Part shown: positions 37,320 through 49,668 of the stretch, piece by piece | How positions within the stretch are numbered: position 1 is the first letter of the stretch | Layout of the letters: each line of letters opens with the position of its first letter | Assembly (NCBI GenBank): GCA_038087875.1 | Contig: CM075985.1 | Location: 17,298,001 to 17,362,000 of the forward strand | Source: Malacoraja senta | Lineage: Eukaryota | Reading direction: 5' to 3' | Length of the DNA: 64,000 nucleotides | The notes under the pieces: generated by a model | What the model saw: the letters and a program-made list of their open reading frames with translations, nothing else | Told to the model about the DNA's origin: nothing | Database searches by the model: none | Made by a program: the position numbers and the translations under genes

Positions 37320-38223
37320 CACATAGTATTTGGGGTAGGGTATTGACATGGATAGAGAACAGGTTGGTAGACAGGAAAGAAAGAGTAGAATTTTACAGGG
37401 CCTTTTCAGAATGGCAGGCAGTGACTAGTGGGGTGCCGCAAGGCTCAGTGCAGGGACCCCAGTTATTTACAATATATAGTAACGATTTAGATGAAGGAAT
37501 TAAATGTAACATCTCCAAGTTTGAGGATGACACAAAGCTGGGTGGCAGTCTGAGCTGCGAGGAGGAAGCCATGAGGCTACAGGGTGACGGATAGGTTGGG
37601 TGAGTGGGAAGATGCAATATAATGTGGATAAATGTGAGGTGGCAAGAACAGGAAGGCAGATTATTGTCTGAATGGTGTCAGATTACTACAGTTGCACAGT
37701 GCCCTGGTGAGACCGCAGCTGCAGCTTGAGGGAGTGCAGCGTAGGTTCACCAGGTTAATTCCCGGGATGGCGGGACTGACATATGATTAACGAAAGGGTC
37801 GACTGAGCTTGTATTCACTGGATTTTAGAAGGATGAGGGGGGATCTTATAGAGACATAAAATTCTTAAGGGATTGGACAGGCTAGATGCAGGAAAAATGT
37901 TCCCCGTATTGGGTGAGTCCAGAACCAGGGTCATAGTTTCAGAATAAGGGGTAGGCCATTTAGGACTGAGATGAGGAAAAACTTTTTCACCCGGAGAGTT
38001 GTGAATCTGTGGAATTCCCTGCACACAAGGCAGTGGAGGCTGATTCACTGGAAGTTTTCAAGAGAGTTAGATTTAGTTCTTGGGGCTAAAGGAATCAAGG
38101 GATATGGGGAAAAAGAAGGAACGGGGTACTGATTTTGGATGATCAGCCATGACCATATTCAATGGCAGTGTTGGCTCGAAGGGCCGAATGGCCTACTCCT
38201 GCACCTATTTTCCATGTTTCTAT
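37320..38223 (+). mobile_element. CR1 RT/3' fragment with internal deletions
   Basis: VTSGVPQGSV, KFEDDTK, tail TTTCCATGTTTCTAT. Confidence 0.9.
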
Positions 38224-38446
38224 CAAGATCACTGTACAGATTTCTATGGAGGTCCAGGATAAAGGGGATTACCAGGTAAATCCCTAAACACCCAACTACC
38301 CAACTCATCAAGTCAAGAGGCTATGGGATACTCTGACATGCTCCAGATTTGGTGGGGTTTCCCCATTGTACGTTTAGGACCAGTGACTGCAGATGAAAAC
38401 AGACATTATATATATATGATCTATATACATATGTGTATTTGTGTGT

Positions 38447-38717
38447 AGACACAAAATGCTGGAGTAACTCAGCGGGTCAGACAGCATCTCTAGAGAGAAG
38501 GAATGGGCGACGTTTCGGGTTGAGACCTTTCTTCAGACTGATGTCAGGGGAGGGGGCAGGATAAAGATAGAATGTAGTCGCAGGCAGTGTGAGAACTGGG
38601 AAGGGGAAGGGGATGGAGAGAGAAAGCAAGGACTATCTGAAGTTAGAGAAGTCAATGTTTATACCGCTGGGATGTAAACTACCCAAGCAAAATATGAGGT
38701 GCCTGTTCCTCCAATTT
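38447..38717 (-). mobile_element. Penelope-like element 3' end: GIY-YIG C-terminus, 3' UTR and hammerhead
   Basis: Minus strand KLEEQ/HLIFCLGSLHPSGINIDFSNFR* (one frameshift), pyrimidine-rich UTR, CTGAAGAAAGGTCTCAACCCGAAACGTC at 38509-38536. Confidence 0.85.
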
Positions 38718-40839
38718 ATATACACACACTTAACTTTTTTCTTTCTCCCTCGTTCTTAAATTCTTAATTTCATTGTTCTATCTGGGACAGACGACAATAA
38801 AACACTCTTGACTCTCTTTACGTTGTGGCGCTTTTGCCATCCCCACCACTCAGTGATAGCTCTTGCGTTGTGCATGATTTTTCCAGAGTGATGCTATCTG
38901 TGCTGAAGTGTGTTTATTATTGGGAAAATTGACTTTGGTGGTTAGACATGAAAGAATGACAGAATGACAGAATGCTTGCAAATTGATACCCCGTACACTT
39001 ACGCCAACAAGAACTGCAAAAGTACAAACTGGACATTCATCTCAAGACCAATAAATGTAACCAGGTGTAAAACAGGGGTATACGAGCACCTACAGAGCTG
39101 CTTCCTAATTATGAACAAATCTAATGATACTCCTGGGGAGGGAGAATATTGCTTATGTGTGTGATTTTGTTGCATGCTGTCTCTACTCTGAAGTTTAGTG
39201 AGTTAAAACCCTTGAATGACAAGTTATGATCTAAATGTAGTTAATTTGGTAAAAGGCAGTCTGCCATGAAGGCTGCTGGAGTTGTTTAAAAAATCTAGCT
39301 GCTTCACCAATGTCTTCTCAATACCAGTTTTGCAGCAGACAAGTAACCAGTGCTGCCTCTTGGTCAAAAAGTGCATTTCATTAAAATGTGAAGGAATTAA
39401 CCCAGCATCAATTGTAAAAATACTAAGTCAAAACAGATAAAACATTACTATCAAAATACTCTCCTGTAAATAGAATGCTGGGAAGTTGTTCCATGACAAC
39501 ATTATTGTGTGAACCAAAGTGCTGAAGGAACTCAATGGCTCAGGCGCCATTTATGGAGGAAGGAGCTCTTTTGCTTACTGTGTGTGATCCAATGGTTCTT
39601 CCTTCTTTACGTGTTTATAACTTGATAGTTATTATATATTTGGTTGTTTTCTTATTAAGTGATTTAACAATTGCCTTTAAAACATTATTTGAAAAATAAA
39701 TAAAATAAACAGAATGAAAGCATTATTTTAAAATTACTGTGTACTATTCTTTCTTGTTGTCTTTTTAAAAGATTAAACTGAGCGTGTAAATGCCAATGTT
39801 TATTCTAGGGCATAGATGTTCAATATTTAATGTCATCTGGTTGATTGCATCTCGTTTCCTTTCCTAGATCCATTACAGTTGAAGGAATGTTTTAGGCAGG
39901 TAACGTTACTGGTAGTAACTGCTGAATCATGCACGCTTATTTTTCAGCACAACATTGATAAGAAGATTAGGGTGCGTTTGAAGCTTTAATGGAAGCTGGG
40001 TTAATTTTTAATAATTGCAGTTAAATATCTGATGAAATTTGAAAAATAAACGGCCGTGTGCATAATTTCTTAAATGGGAAAATGTACTGTTTTTGTTATG
40101 TCTGGTTTTTATTTTCAATGTCTTACACCAGTTGCCAATTACAAGACGATAAACAATGTCGATCGTACGGAAGTACACCGTTCATGCAAGATTTAATCAC
40201 AGAAATAAAATACGGAAAATCCTTCCGCCGCTTCTTTCCGAAGTCAGGCTTGGCCAATAGAATGTTATTAGGAAATCGTTCCCCTTTTAAGATAAAGGTG
40301 GAAATCATACAGAACAGAACTAAAGCCCGGTTCAAGTAGTATTTTGGTGGATTGTGCGTTTCCGCATTATGGTGTAAACTCACTTAATTACAATCTTGAT
40401 CTTGATGCTGCCTGTCCCGCTAAGTTACTCCAGCTTATTTGTGTCTATCTTTGGTGTAAAGCAGCATCTGCAGTTGCTTCCTACTAATGGCCATCTCGAT
40501 CGATTAATATCATATTTTGGGTGGGGAGGGAGGGCGGGTTTATAGAGTGCCTGGGACGTATCATGCAGTTGTCTACGTACAAAGCTACACGCTAAAGTGG
40601 AGCCACTGCCATTGCCCATTCAATTTGAAGGTCAGATGTCAACAATTAAAATAAAAAAGTCCAAAGTAACAGACGCACGGTAGAGCAGAGCGTGTCCCAC
40701 CAGGGTGTAAAACTGCAATCGCTTCAGTCGAACTTCTATCATGCACAGACTGGCTTCATATGCAATGGAAATGCCGCCACGGTACCGGTTTAAAATAATT
40801 GTCATGATGTTGGGGTTATGTACATCTCGGTCTCCTTAC

Positions 40840-41065
40840 CTGCAAAATTTTTAGTAAATACCAATGTGACCAAGAGGATGGGGATAATGACAGTGCCGAT
40901 GGACACTACTCTGTCGAAGGGGAGTTCTAGCTTTATTTGCACCATGAAGGCTGCAAAGGGCGAGCCTTTTTCATCTTGTTGTCCCGGCAGGATGAGCTCC
41001 TTGAGCTTTTCTCCAGCTAACAGCGCAGTAGCCATGTCCGGGTGGTGCTCTATGATGTTGTGCAT
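40840..41065 (-). CDS. PANX2: Pannexin-2 coding exon 1 (226 nt, aa 1-75 + 1 nt)
   Basis: Translation MHNIIEHHPDMATALLAGEKLKELILPGQQDEK...LELPFDRVVSIGTVIIPILLVTLVFTKNFA matches the vertebrate PANX2 N-terminus and TM1. Donor GCAG|GTAAGG at 40840/40839, phase 1. Confidence 0.96.
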
Positions 41066-41813
41066 TCGTCACTGGGTGCAGAATATGATCCCTACAACCG
41101 GCCTGCGCTCGATCTTCCCGTTTTTTTTGTTTTTTTTGCTGGAAAGCGACTGACATCCCCCAAAAGACCGCTTTCTGTTGGCATATTAAAACAAAAGGCA
41201 TCATGGTCATACATGTCGACTGTCACACACGCTCACAATACAGCAGCAGGAACGTAAAAGCGAAGCATTGGCTCGCCCCGACAACTCGCGGCAAGCACGA
41301 CATCATTCCTGCACCAAGCCACATCCCAGATCGCTGAGTTAAACTCCAACATTATCTCCTCCCCCCCCTTGACCAAATTACACCGAGACATTATCTTATC
41401 GATTGCAAGAACACGCAAAAGTATGAGGAATGGAAATCCAGCCCCCAGCCCCCAGCCCCCCCTCTCCTTATAGCCACTGCATTATCAAAAAAAAAACGAG
41501 ACTACTACGTGTTATTAATTGAACTTTAAATAAACAGAGCAATAGAACATATCCTTCACTCACCGAGTTGGAAAGATCGATTGGGTGGAAACCGGCGATT
41601 TCAATTTCTTAGCGTGGAAGATGGGAATAAATTGCCTTCATTATCCATCACTGCACCTTTCATTATTTCCCTCGGTGGTGTAATCCCCGCCGTCTATCTG
41701 ACAACTTTCAGAAAGCCGGTTCGAATGAGTGGATGGTTTTGTTTCGAGCAAACGTCGACGGAGCAATGGTGAGAGATGTGGCGGAGGCAAGGCTGCCGCA
41801 GAGTAAAGCAGGG

Positions 41814-41855
41814 TTCAGCACCATAGCCAGCGCTATGGGAGGGGGTGCTGTCCAT
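41814..41855. promoter_or_regulatory. RE1/NRSE (REST)-like motifs
   Basis: TTCAGCACCATAGCCAGCGCT (41814-41834, +) versus consensus TTCAGCACCACGGACAGCGCC. A right half-site ATGGACAGCACC lies on the minus strand at 41844-41855. Confidence 0.55.
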
Positions 41856-43164
41856 TGATCGCGGGTGGCGAGGTAAACACGTGAAATTGCAGTGAAAGTG
41901 CCATTCAGCGCAGCTGGACCCGCAGCTGTACGGAGCGCCCAACTGCGCACTACTTACTCCGTGTTCACACCAGATAGTAAATCAGCCCGCACCCGCATCC
42001 ACAGCCTCGCCGTGAGCTGCATGCCCTCCGACAAATTGCTGGCTGTGCTCGCATTTAAATGCGGGCTGAGATTTCGCCTGCAATCTCCATGACTGGCGGC
42101 TGAACAGATGCGGCACGTTTGCGGGAGACGCAATCAGATTGGTCTCCAGGAAACAACATGCCTGAGTCATGACGTGCCCTTTTCTCTTTCGTGTGATTAT
42201 GTTCAGAAATAAACTGCTGATGTTAAAAAGGACTTTTTAAAAACAAAAACACACACCATCAAACAAACTTGATAACGGAAGGGTCTCGACCTGAAACGTC
42301 AACTCTCCATGTTCTCCAGAGATGCTGCCTGATCTGCTGAGTTACTCCAGCACTTTGTGTCCTTTTGTCATCGTGCTTTCTTTCTAGGTTCGACAAAAAA
42401 AAACCGGTTTCCCTCCTCATCAACCACCCGCAGTCACCCCAGCAGTTCAGGAAGCTGTGGGTAGTGTTGCTAAAGTCTCAACGCCCCACTTTTGCGACTT
42501 AAGTTTTAAATCCTTTCATGATATTGATTCCATGAGATATCAGAGAACTTGGGACATGGAATATCTTCAATGGCAATAGGATATTTTTGTCCTATGAAGC
42601 ATTTTTGTTTTGCAGGGGGTATGAATCGTTTAATAAGCTTGTTACTCATCGTAAGGTTCTTTCCAAGAGCAAATTTGCCCCCCCCCCCCCCGTGGATTTT
42701 GTTTAATATACACTTTCCTCTGTTCAGAACATTTATTCTAACCCCTTTACAAACAGTACTGAACCTGGCAGTTTCCCGCCTTTACTCGGTTCTAGATGTT
42801 TGCCTTTCTCCTGATTTTCTGACCAGATCTCTGACCGTGATTGTGACCTATTAGTACATTTTGTGATATGAGGGGGGATATGTTAGGAATGACGAAATGT
42901 ACACGTCTCAATAGTAGAAATGCATTTACCATTTTACTTTATCTGCCGTTAACACAAGTCTGGTATCTCCGTCATTGAACATGCCCTTAACTTTTTTTTT
43001 TAAAGACACAAAGTGCTGGAGTAACTCAGTGGGTCAGGCAGCATCTCTGGATATGTAACATTTTTAGTCGGGTCCCTTCTTTTTTGACCTTCTCTGAGGG
43101 ATAGTTAACTGACTATTTTGCTGGAAATATATTGGAGTTGAACTTAGATTGCTTCCCTTGCTTT

Positions 43165-43548
43165 TAGAGTTATAAAGCCATGCAGCATGGAAACAGGCCC
43201 TTCGGCCCAACCAGCCCTCGTCGACCAAGATGCCCCATCTACACTAATCCCACCTACCTGTGTTTGGCCCGAAGCCTTTCCTATTCAAGTTCCTGTCCAA
43301 ACATCTTTTACATTTTGGTGACAACGGCTGCTTCATCTACTTCCTCTGGCAGCACATTCCATATACTCACCACCCTTTGTGTGAAAAAGTTGTCCTTCAG
43401 GTTCCTATTAAATCTTTCCCCTCTCAACTTAATCCTATGTCCTTTGGTTCTTTATCCCTCTTCTCTGAGTAAAAGATTCTGTGCATTTACCCTATTTAGT
43501 CCCCTCATGATGTTATAAACCTCTATAAGATCACCCCTCATTCTCCTG
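43165..43548 (-). mobile_element. CR1 3' fragment
   Basis: RRMRGDLIEVYNIMRG on the minus strand, with tail. Confidence 0.85.
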
Positions 43549-43934
43549 ATGTACATCAACAACAGTTCCTTTTGTTTAGTATATTGTGGCATAATATTGT
43601 TTGGCATTGTGGATTGGAGCAAATCTAGAATTGCCATATTTGATTTAAATCATGTCTTTGAAATTTGTCCTTGCACTGAGTGCGTTAAAATGGGTCGTAC
43701 ACATTATATATATATAGATAATATTATAAACACGCAGACATATATATTTTATACGATGACATTTTACAGTGAGGCCAAATTTCAAAGACATGATGTAAAT
43801 AACATATATAAGATTCGCCATATTTGATCTAATGTATATATAATAAATAATAATATATAATAATACATATTATTAGATATAGATCATCACCAGTCCAGCT
43901 GCACACTCACACAGCTTAATTTCTTACCACAGGA

Positions 43935-44455
43935 AGATAGGAACCAGAGTAGGCCAGTCAGTCCTCGAGCCATTTGAAGAGGTTATGGCAACATGTATCC
44001 AAACTCTATCCAGTCACCTTGCCTCCAAATCCTTTTACGCTCCTGATGAATTATTCTGTCAGCCTCAGATTTTATGTTGTTAATTGAATTAACATCTACT
44101 GATTTTCATTTAATAAAACAGGTTATCCCCAAGTGATTCCAAATTTTGGCTTGAATGGTTTGGTGACAATTTCATGGTCATGCCTCCTTGTCCTTGATGT
44201 CACAAACCAGTAAAACATGTTTCATTTTAACATCCTTCATACATTCCTTCTTGAATCTTGTAAACCCAAATCTTAACTTGTTTAATTACAGGGAATATAA
44301 ATCCAGTTGATAATTTTTCTTTGGAACCTAATTCTTGGATCCATATTAACGTTTTAGTGTACCCGTCTGACACTCTTCCCAGAGACCGTGCATCTTCCCA
44401 AATGTTTCATGCTGAGATGCATGCATTTTACCCCAGATATGTTCAAACCAGAGCC
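43935..44455 (-). mobile_element. Old degraded CR1 fragment
   Basis: Degenerate antisense CR1 3' region. Confidence 0.5.
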
Positions 44456-45091
44456 TTGGATATGAATATGATCTCTGAGGTCAGAAAATCTGGCACATAC
44501 TGTAGGTGCTGGTTTTCAGCTATGATTGCATTGAATAACAGAGCAGGCTTGATGGGCCGAATGGCCTCCTTCTGCTATTTTGTGTGTTTCTACATTTCTA
44601 TGGTCACACCTATCAAATAAAATGGAGCATGGTGGGAACGTCAAGGAGAGGAGATACATGCTTAGAGTTTGATATCTAGCTGGGAGAAAGAGAGATTGAA
44701 AACATTAGGTATTGGAAGCCTGAATGTCAGGTGATCACAGGGAGAGAGGAAAGGAGGGAGGGACAGGGGAGTTGTTGAATTAGTAGTTGGGTTAGAGGGG
44801 TTGCTGGATTGGATGTGTAAACCTATTCGAGCTGCACACTCGCCTTCTGTTAGCTACTTGCTTCATTCAAGTTATGGAAATCAGTTCTGGCTTTCTGCTG
44901 CCATATTGAAATGTGCTCAGGTACTGGCCAGGTCAGCGATTGCAGCTCAGAGTCACTACATGCAACCCACTGAGATTAAAATGTCTGCAGGCAAATGATA
45001 TGTTGTTTTTTAATGCAGTCTTTAATTTTTAACAGTCTTTTGACGGTCCCTCACTGATGGAGTATAACAGTTCACACTTTGGATTTTAATT

Positions 45092-45325
45092 TGGGGTGGC
45101 ACAGTGCTGCCTTCCCTATGTTCTCTGTTCTCCCTATGACCTCGTGGGTGTTCTCCAGGTGGTCCGGTTTCCTCCCATGTTCCAAAAGCGTGCAAGTTTG
45201 AAGGTTAATTGGCTTCGATAAATTGTCCTGAGTGCGTAGGGCAGAACTAGTGTAGGGGTGATTGCTGGTCGGCGTGGACCCGATGGGCCGAATGCACTCT
45301 TTCCATGCTGCATCTCTAAACTAAA
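45092..45325 (+). mobile_element. HE1-like V-SINE with internal deletion
   Basis: CCGGTTTCCTCCCA ... CATCTCTAAACTAAA. Confidence 0.8.
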
Positions 45326-45830
45326 ATTTCCTCCTATCGCTAACTATCATCGCTGGTTCTATGCCATTGTGAGAAATAACTTTCTTTATCAACTTCTACA
45401 TGAAGGCCTTTCTTGGCACTACTGGAGGAGTGTACTGGGGATGGGAGAGTCTGGGAGGTGGTGTAGGGTGGCAGGTAGTGTGTGACTGACCCTGGCAGCA
45501 TTATTTTTCACATCATCCTGCCATCCACCTCAGGATGATGTACTTTCCCTTTAAGAAGTGCAAGCTACATTGAAAAAAGTGGGTGCCAAGCCGGATATTA
45601 TTGGCAATGGCTACTGTGAATAAAATTGACTAGAAATAAGATAAGTACATCAATACAAATGATTCAAGCATGGACAACACATTTTTTATTCAATTCTTAC
45701 CCATTATAATCTCCACTTTTAAATGCCACCCAGCCATCTCTCTTGAAATCAATGTTCTCTATATGAATTCTAATTTTCCCACTGGATATTTTTTCAAATA
45801 ATCTTTAATTAAAACAAATAAAACAAAACA

Positions 45831-46018
45831 NNNNNNNNNNNNNNNNNNNNNNNNNNNNNNNNNNNNNNNNNNNNNNNNNNNNNNNNNNNNNNNNNNNNNN
45901 NNNNNNNNNNNNNNNNNNNNNNNNNNNNNNNNNNNNNNNNNNNNNNNNNNNNNNNNNNNNNNNNNNNNNNNNNNNNNNNNNNNNNNNNNNNNNNNNNNNN
46001 NNNNNNNNNNNNNNNNNN
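45831..46018. other. Assembly gap (188 N)
   Basis: Run of N. Confidence 1.
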
Positions 46019-46668
46019 ATATGATACTTTTAACAAAGTTATTGTAGAATGGCAACCAGATTTTAATTGGTGTAGAATTAATATTTATATATTTTAGTTA
46101 TGAAGTTTTGAAATCTGCCTTTTTGTGTTTAGCGCTAACTTAGATTTTAAGGGTAGTTAAATATAAATGCACATATTCAGGAGAATAAAGCAGTGCCAAA
46201 CATGTGTGCTAGTGGAACAAGAGAGGAAAATATGATGATATCCCTACTCGATTAATAAGATAAGGCAGGGGCACATTGGCCTTTGGGCTCTCTGCATATT
46301 GTTTCAGACTAGTGCAGAATTATGTACAGGAATGTTATATATCAAGTGCCCAGTTCACACTCACTGTCTGACCTTTAGTAGGCATTTCACAGTGAGAATT
46401 CAGAGGGCAAGTGGCATCTGTGGAAATGTTCCCAGCAACAGCTGCTGAACATCCACTTTTTAAAATATCTTAAGCTAAGATGTTTAGGGTAACATGCAGA
46501 GATAAAAATTAGGTTTGGTGGAGTGCACGCTCATAAAGGAACTCGCTGATTGCAATGCTATTTAAATGCAGATGTAATTAGCAGACAATGTCTTTCTTGT
46601 TCACCCATGCATTCATCGCTCAGTGGAAGTCTGTGTTCCTTTTTATCCCAGCAGCAAACGGAGCCCTA

Positions 46669-49625
46669 TTTTTTTTTTATTTATTTATTTTATTTATTTA
46701 TTCCGAACAAGTAAAGACATTAAAGACATTGATATTAACAAAATCGAAATTATCAAACAATTGAACATTGCAATCAACATTTACAATTGAGAAGAACAAA
46801 ATCAAGGTTCCAATGTCCAGCTCAGAGTCTGTACAAGCTCGAAAAGGAGTGAGAAGAAGAATAACTTATTAAATCTCACCCCTTTTCCCACACTTCTATC
46901 GTATTTAAAAATCAATTCCTTACTAATAATAGTACTGCCCTAGGCAATTTCCCATAATACATACAGACACTTATATACATTCAACTATTATGTACATACA
47001 ATCTTCATATTTGAATTACCCAACATCAGTGAACAATAGTAAACAAGATAAACATCAACAATAGTAACAAGATAACATCAACGATTGTAAACAAGATAAA
47101 CATCAACCCCCACTTGTCAACCATCCCCTCCATCCCTGTACCCCTTGAGCATTATTTTTTTATATATCATTTTAAAATGATTCATGTTTGTGCATTGCTT
47201 CAATTCCCCGTTCAATTTATTCCACACTCCTACTCCACAAACCGAAATACAAAAGGATTTTCTAGTCGTACGGACTTGTTGTTTCTTAAAGTTAAATATT
47301 CCTCTTAAATTGTAACCCCCCACACGCTCGTTAAATAATTTTTGAATGTTTCCAGGTAAATTTTTATTTTTGGCCCTAAACATTATCTGAGCTGTTTTGA
47401 ATGTGACCAAATCTTCTAATTTTAATAATTTTGACTCTAAAAATAATGGATTCGTATGACCCAGATACTTAGCATTATGGATAATACAAATTGCTCTTTT
47501 TTGCATCATGGTTAATGAGTGTATCGAATTTTTATAATTATTTCCCCAGACTTCTGTACAATAATTTAAGTAGGGTAAAATTAATGTACAATAAAGAATA
47601 CGGAGTGATTTGTAATCCAGAGCTTGCTTGGCTTTGTATAATACAGAGATACTTTTTGATAATTTTAATTTTACATGTTTAATATGTGATTTCCAGCTTA
47701 TTTTATCGTCAATTATAACCCCAAGAAATTTATTTTCATGCACTCTTTCAACTTCCACCCCATTTATCTTTATACTTACTAGGGGACTTATTCTACAATT
47801 ACCAAATAACATTATTTTAGTTTTACTCAGATTTAATGAAATTTTATTACTATCAAACCATATTTTCAATTTACCCATTTCTTTTATTATTTTATCCAAT
47901 AGCCTTTTTAAATTTTCTCCAGAGCAAAAAATATTTGTATCATCTGCAAACAAAACCAGCCTCAAGACATTGGACACATTACAAATATCATTTATGTACA
48001 TGATAAATAATTTTGGGCCCAGCACTGACCCCTGTGGTACACCACACACAATGTCCAAACATGTAGAATTATGACTACCCAGATTTACAAACTGTTGCCT
48101 GTTACTTAAGTAGCTTTTAATCCAGTCCAGTACTATTCCTCTAATTCCATACCTCTCCAATTTTTTTAATAAAATATCATGATTAATTGTATCAAATGCT
48201 TTTTTTATGTCAATGAATATCCCAGCTGCATATAATTTCTTATCAATGGCGTTTGTGATGTCTTCAATTAATTCTAGTATTGCAAGTGATGTTGATCTAT
48301 TTGTTCTGAATCCATATTGACTTTCTGTTAATAATTTATTATTTTCTACAAATTTGTCTAGTCTATTATTAAACATTTTTTCTAATATTTTGGAAAATTG
48401 TGGGAGTAAGGAAACAGGTCTATAGTTTGTAAAATGATGCTTGTTCCCTGTTTTGTATATTGGTATTATTTTTGCTATTTTCATTTTAATTGGAAAAGTT
48501 CCGGTCTGGAAGGATAAATTACAGATGAATGTTAAAGGTTTGGAGATCCCCTCAATGACCATCTTAACTAGCGACATGTCAATGTCATTGAAATCGGTTG
48601 ACTTCTTATTTTTACATGTTTTGACAATATCCAGCAGTTCTTTCTCTTCTACTGCCGTAAGAAACATAGAGCAGGGATTTCTTTCCACTAATTTCTCAGG
48701 TGTTTCTCCAGATGTCCCTGAATCAGGGATTTGTTTAGCCAGGTCTGGTCCAATATTAACAAAAAAATTATTAAAGCTATTAGCTATATCTTCCATGTTG
48801 TAAATTTCCTTATCCTTATCAATAAAATACTTCGGGTAATTTGTTCTCCCCGGACCATTTCGGATAATGCTATTAAGTATGCTCCATATTCTTTTTATAT
48901 TGTCTTTATTGTCATCTAATTTCTTCTTATAATAATCTTTCTTGCTTTCTCTTATGATGTAAGTTAATTTATTTTTATACTTTTTATATTTATTTTCTGT
49001 ATCTTTAGTTCTCTCTCTTATAAAATCTCTGTATAGGCCATTTTTTTTTTTACAAGCATTTTGTAATCCCTTTGTAATCCATGGACATTTAGTATATTTT
49101 GATTTTCTATTATATTCTTTAATTGGACAATTTTTATCATATAATAACTTAAACATATCAATAAATGTTTCATAAGCACTATCAATGTCTCTTTTTTGGT
49201 ATATTATATCCCAGTTTTGTGCCAATAGATCCTTTTTTAGTGCATTGATAGCTTCCTCCGATCTCACTCTTCTATATTCTATTAATCTGCTTGGTTTGTT
49301 ATTCCTGTGGACACCATCATAAACTACAAAAACTGGCAGATGGTCACTTATATCATTAATTAATAATCCACTTACTATTTTATTTTCCAAATCATTGTTA
49401 AATATATTGTCAATGAGTGTAGCGCAATGGGAAGTAATTCTACTAGGTCTAGTGATTTTCGGAAATAGACTCATGCTGTACATAGTATTAATAAAATCTT
49501 CTGTAAGGTTATGTTGATTAGGATTTAGTAGGTCAATATTGAAATCTCCACATAAAAACACTGATTTACTACCTGTTGTTGAAAACATACTCTCCATCCA
49601 GCCCCTGAAGATTTCAATATTTGAC
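46669..49625 (-). mobile_element. Young 5'-truncated non-LTR retrotransposon, L2/CR1 group (Crack/Daphne-like)
   Basis: Intact ORF2, ~450-nt 3' UTR, (TAAA)n + poly-A tail. TSD CCCTA at 46664-46668 / 49626-49630. Confidence 0.9.
47117..49597 (-). CDS. APE endonuclease (partial) + reverse transcriptase ORF2, 826 aa, N-terminally truncated
   Basis: Motifs GDFNIDLL, SDHLPV, PWIT, NYRPVSLL, DIKKAFD, GVPQGSVLGP, FADDT. No stops or frameshifts. The frame continues upstream (GSNIEIFRGW) to the truncation point. Confidence 0.9.
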   Translation of the reverse strand: MESMFSTTGSKSVFLCGDFNIDLLNPNQHNLTEDFINTMYSMSLFPKITRPSRITSHCATLIDNIFNNDLENKIVSGLLINDISDHLPVFVVYDGVHRNNKPSRLIEYRRVRSEEAINALKKDLLAQNWDIIYQKRDIDSAYETFIDMFKLLYDKNCPIKEYNRKSKYTKCPWITKGLQNACKKKNGLYRDFIRERTKDTENKYKKYKNKLTYIIRESKKDYYKKKLDDNKDNIKRIWSILNSIIRNGPGRTNYPKYFIDKDKEIYNMEDIANSFNNFFVNIGPDLAKQIPDSGTSGETPEKLVERNPCSMFLTAVEEKELLDIVKTCKNKKSTDFNDIDMSLVKMVIEGISKPLTFICNLSFQTGTFPIKMKIAKIIPIYKTGNKHHFTNYRPVSLLPQFSKILEKMFNNRLDKFVENNKLLTESQYGFRTNRSTSLAILELIEDITNAIDKKLYAAGIFIDIKKAFDTINHDILLKKLERYGIRGIVLDWIKSYLSNRQQFVNLGSHNSTCLDIVCGVPQGSVLGPKLFIMYINDICNVSNVLRLVLFADDTNIFCSGENLKRLLDKIIKEMGKLKIWFDSNKISLNLSKTKIMLFGNCRISPLVSIKINGVEVERVHENKFLGVIIDDKISWKSHIKHVKLKLSKSISVLYKAKQALDYKSLRILYCTLILPYLNYCTEVWGNNYKNSIHSLTMMQKRAICIIHNAKYLGHTNPLFLESKLLKLEDLVTFKTAQIMFRAKNKNLPGNIQKLFNERVGGYNLRGIFNFKKQQVRTTRKSFCISVCGVGVWNKLNGELKQCTNMNHFKMIYKKIMLKGYRDGGDG

Positions 49626-49668
49626 CCCTAGTTAGGATACAGCAAAGGGAGGTGCCTTTAACATGCTG

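Larger units (their letters stand above)
40660..42180 (-). promoter_or_regulatory. CpG-island-like PANX2 promoter / 5' region
   Basis: Marked CpG and GC enrichment relative to CpG-depleted flanks. Repeat-free. Spans coding exon 1 and about 1.1 kb upstream. Confidence 0.7.

Noticed and set aside
45759-46055. ORFs containing X runs
   Set aside because: Artefacts of the 188-N assembly gap.
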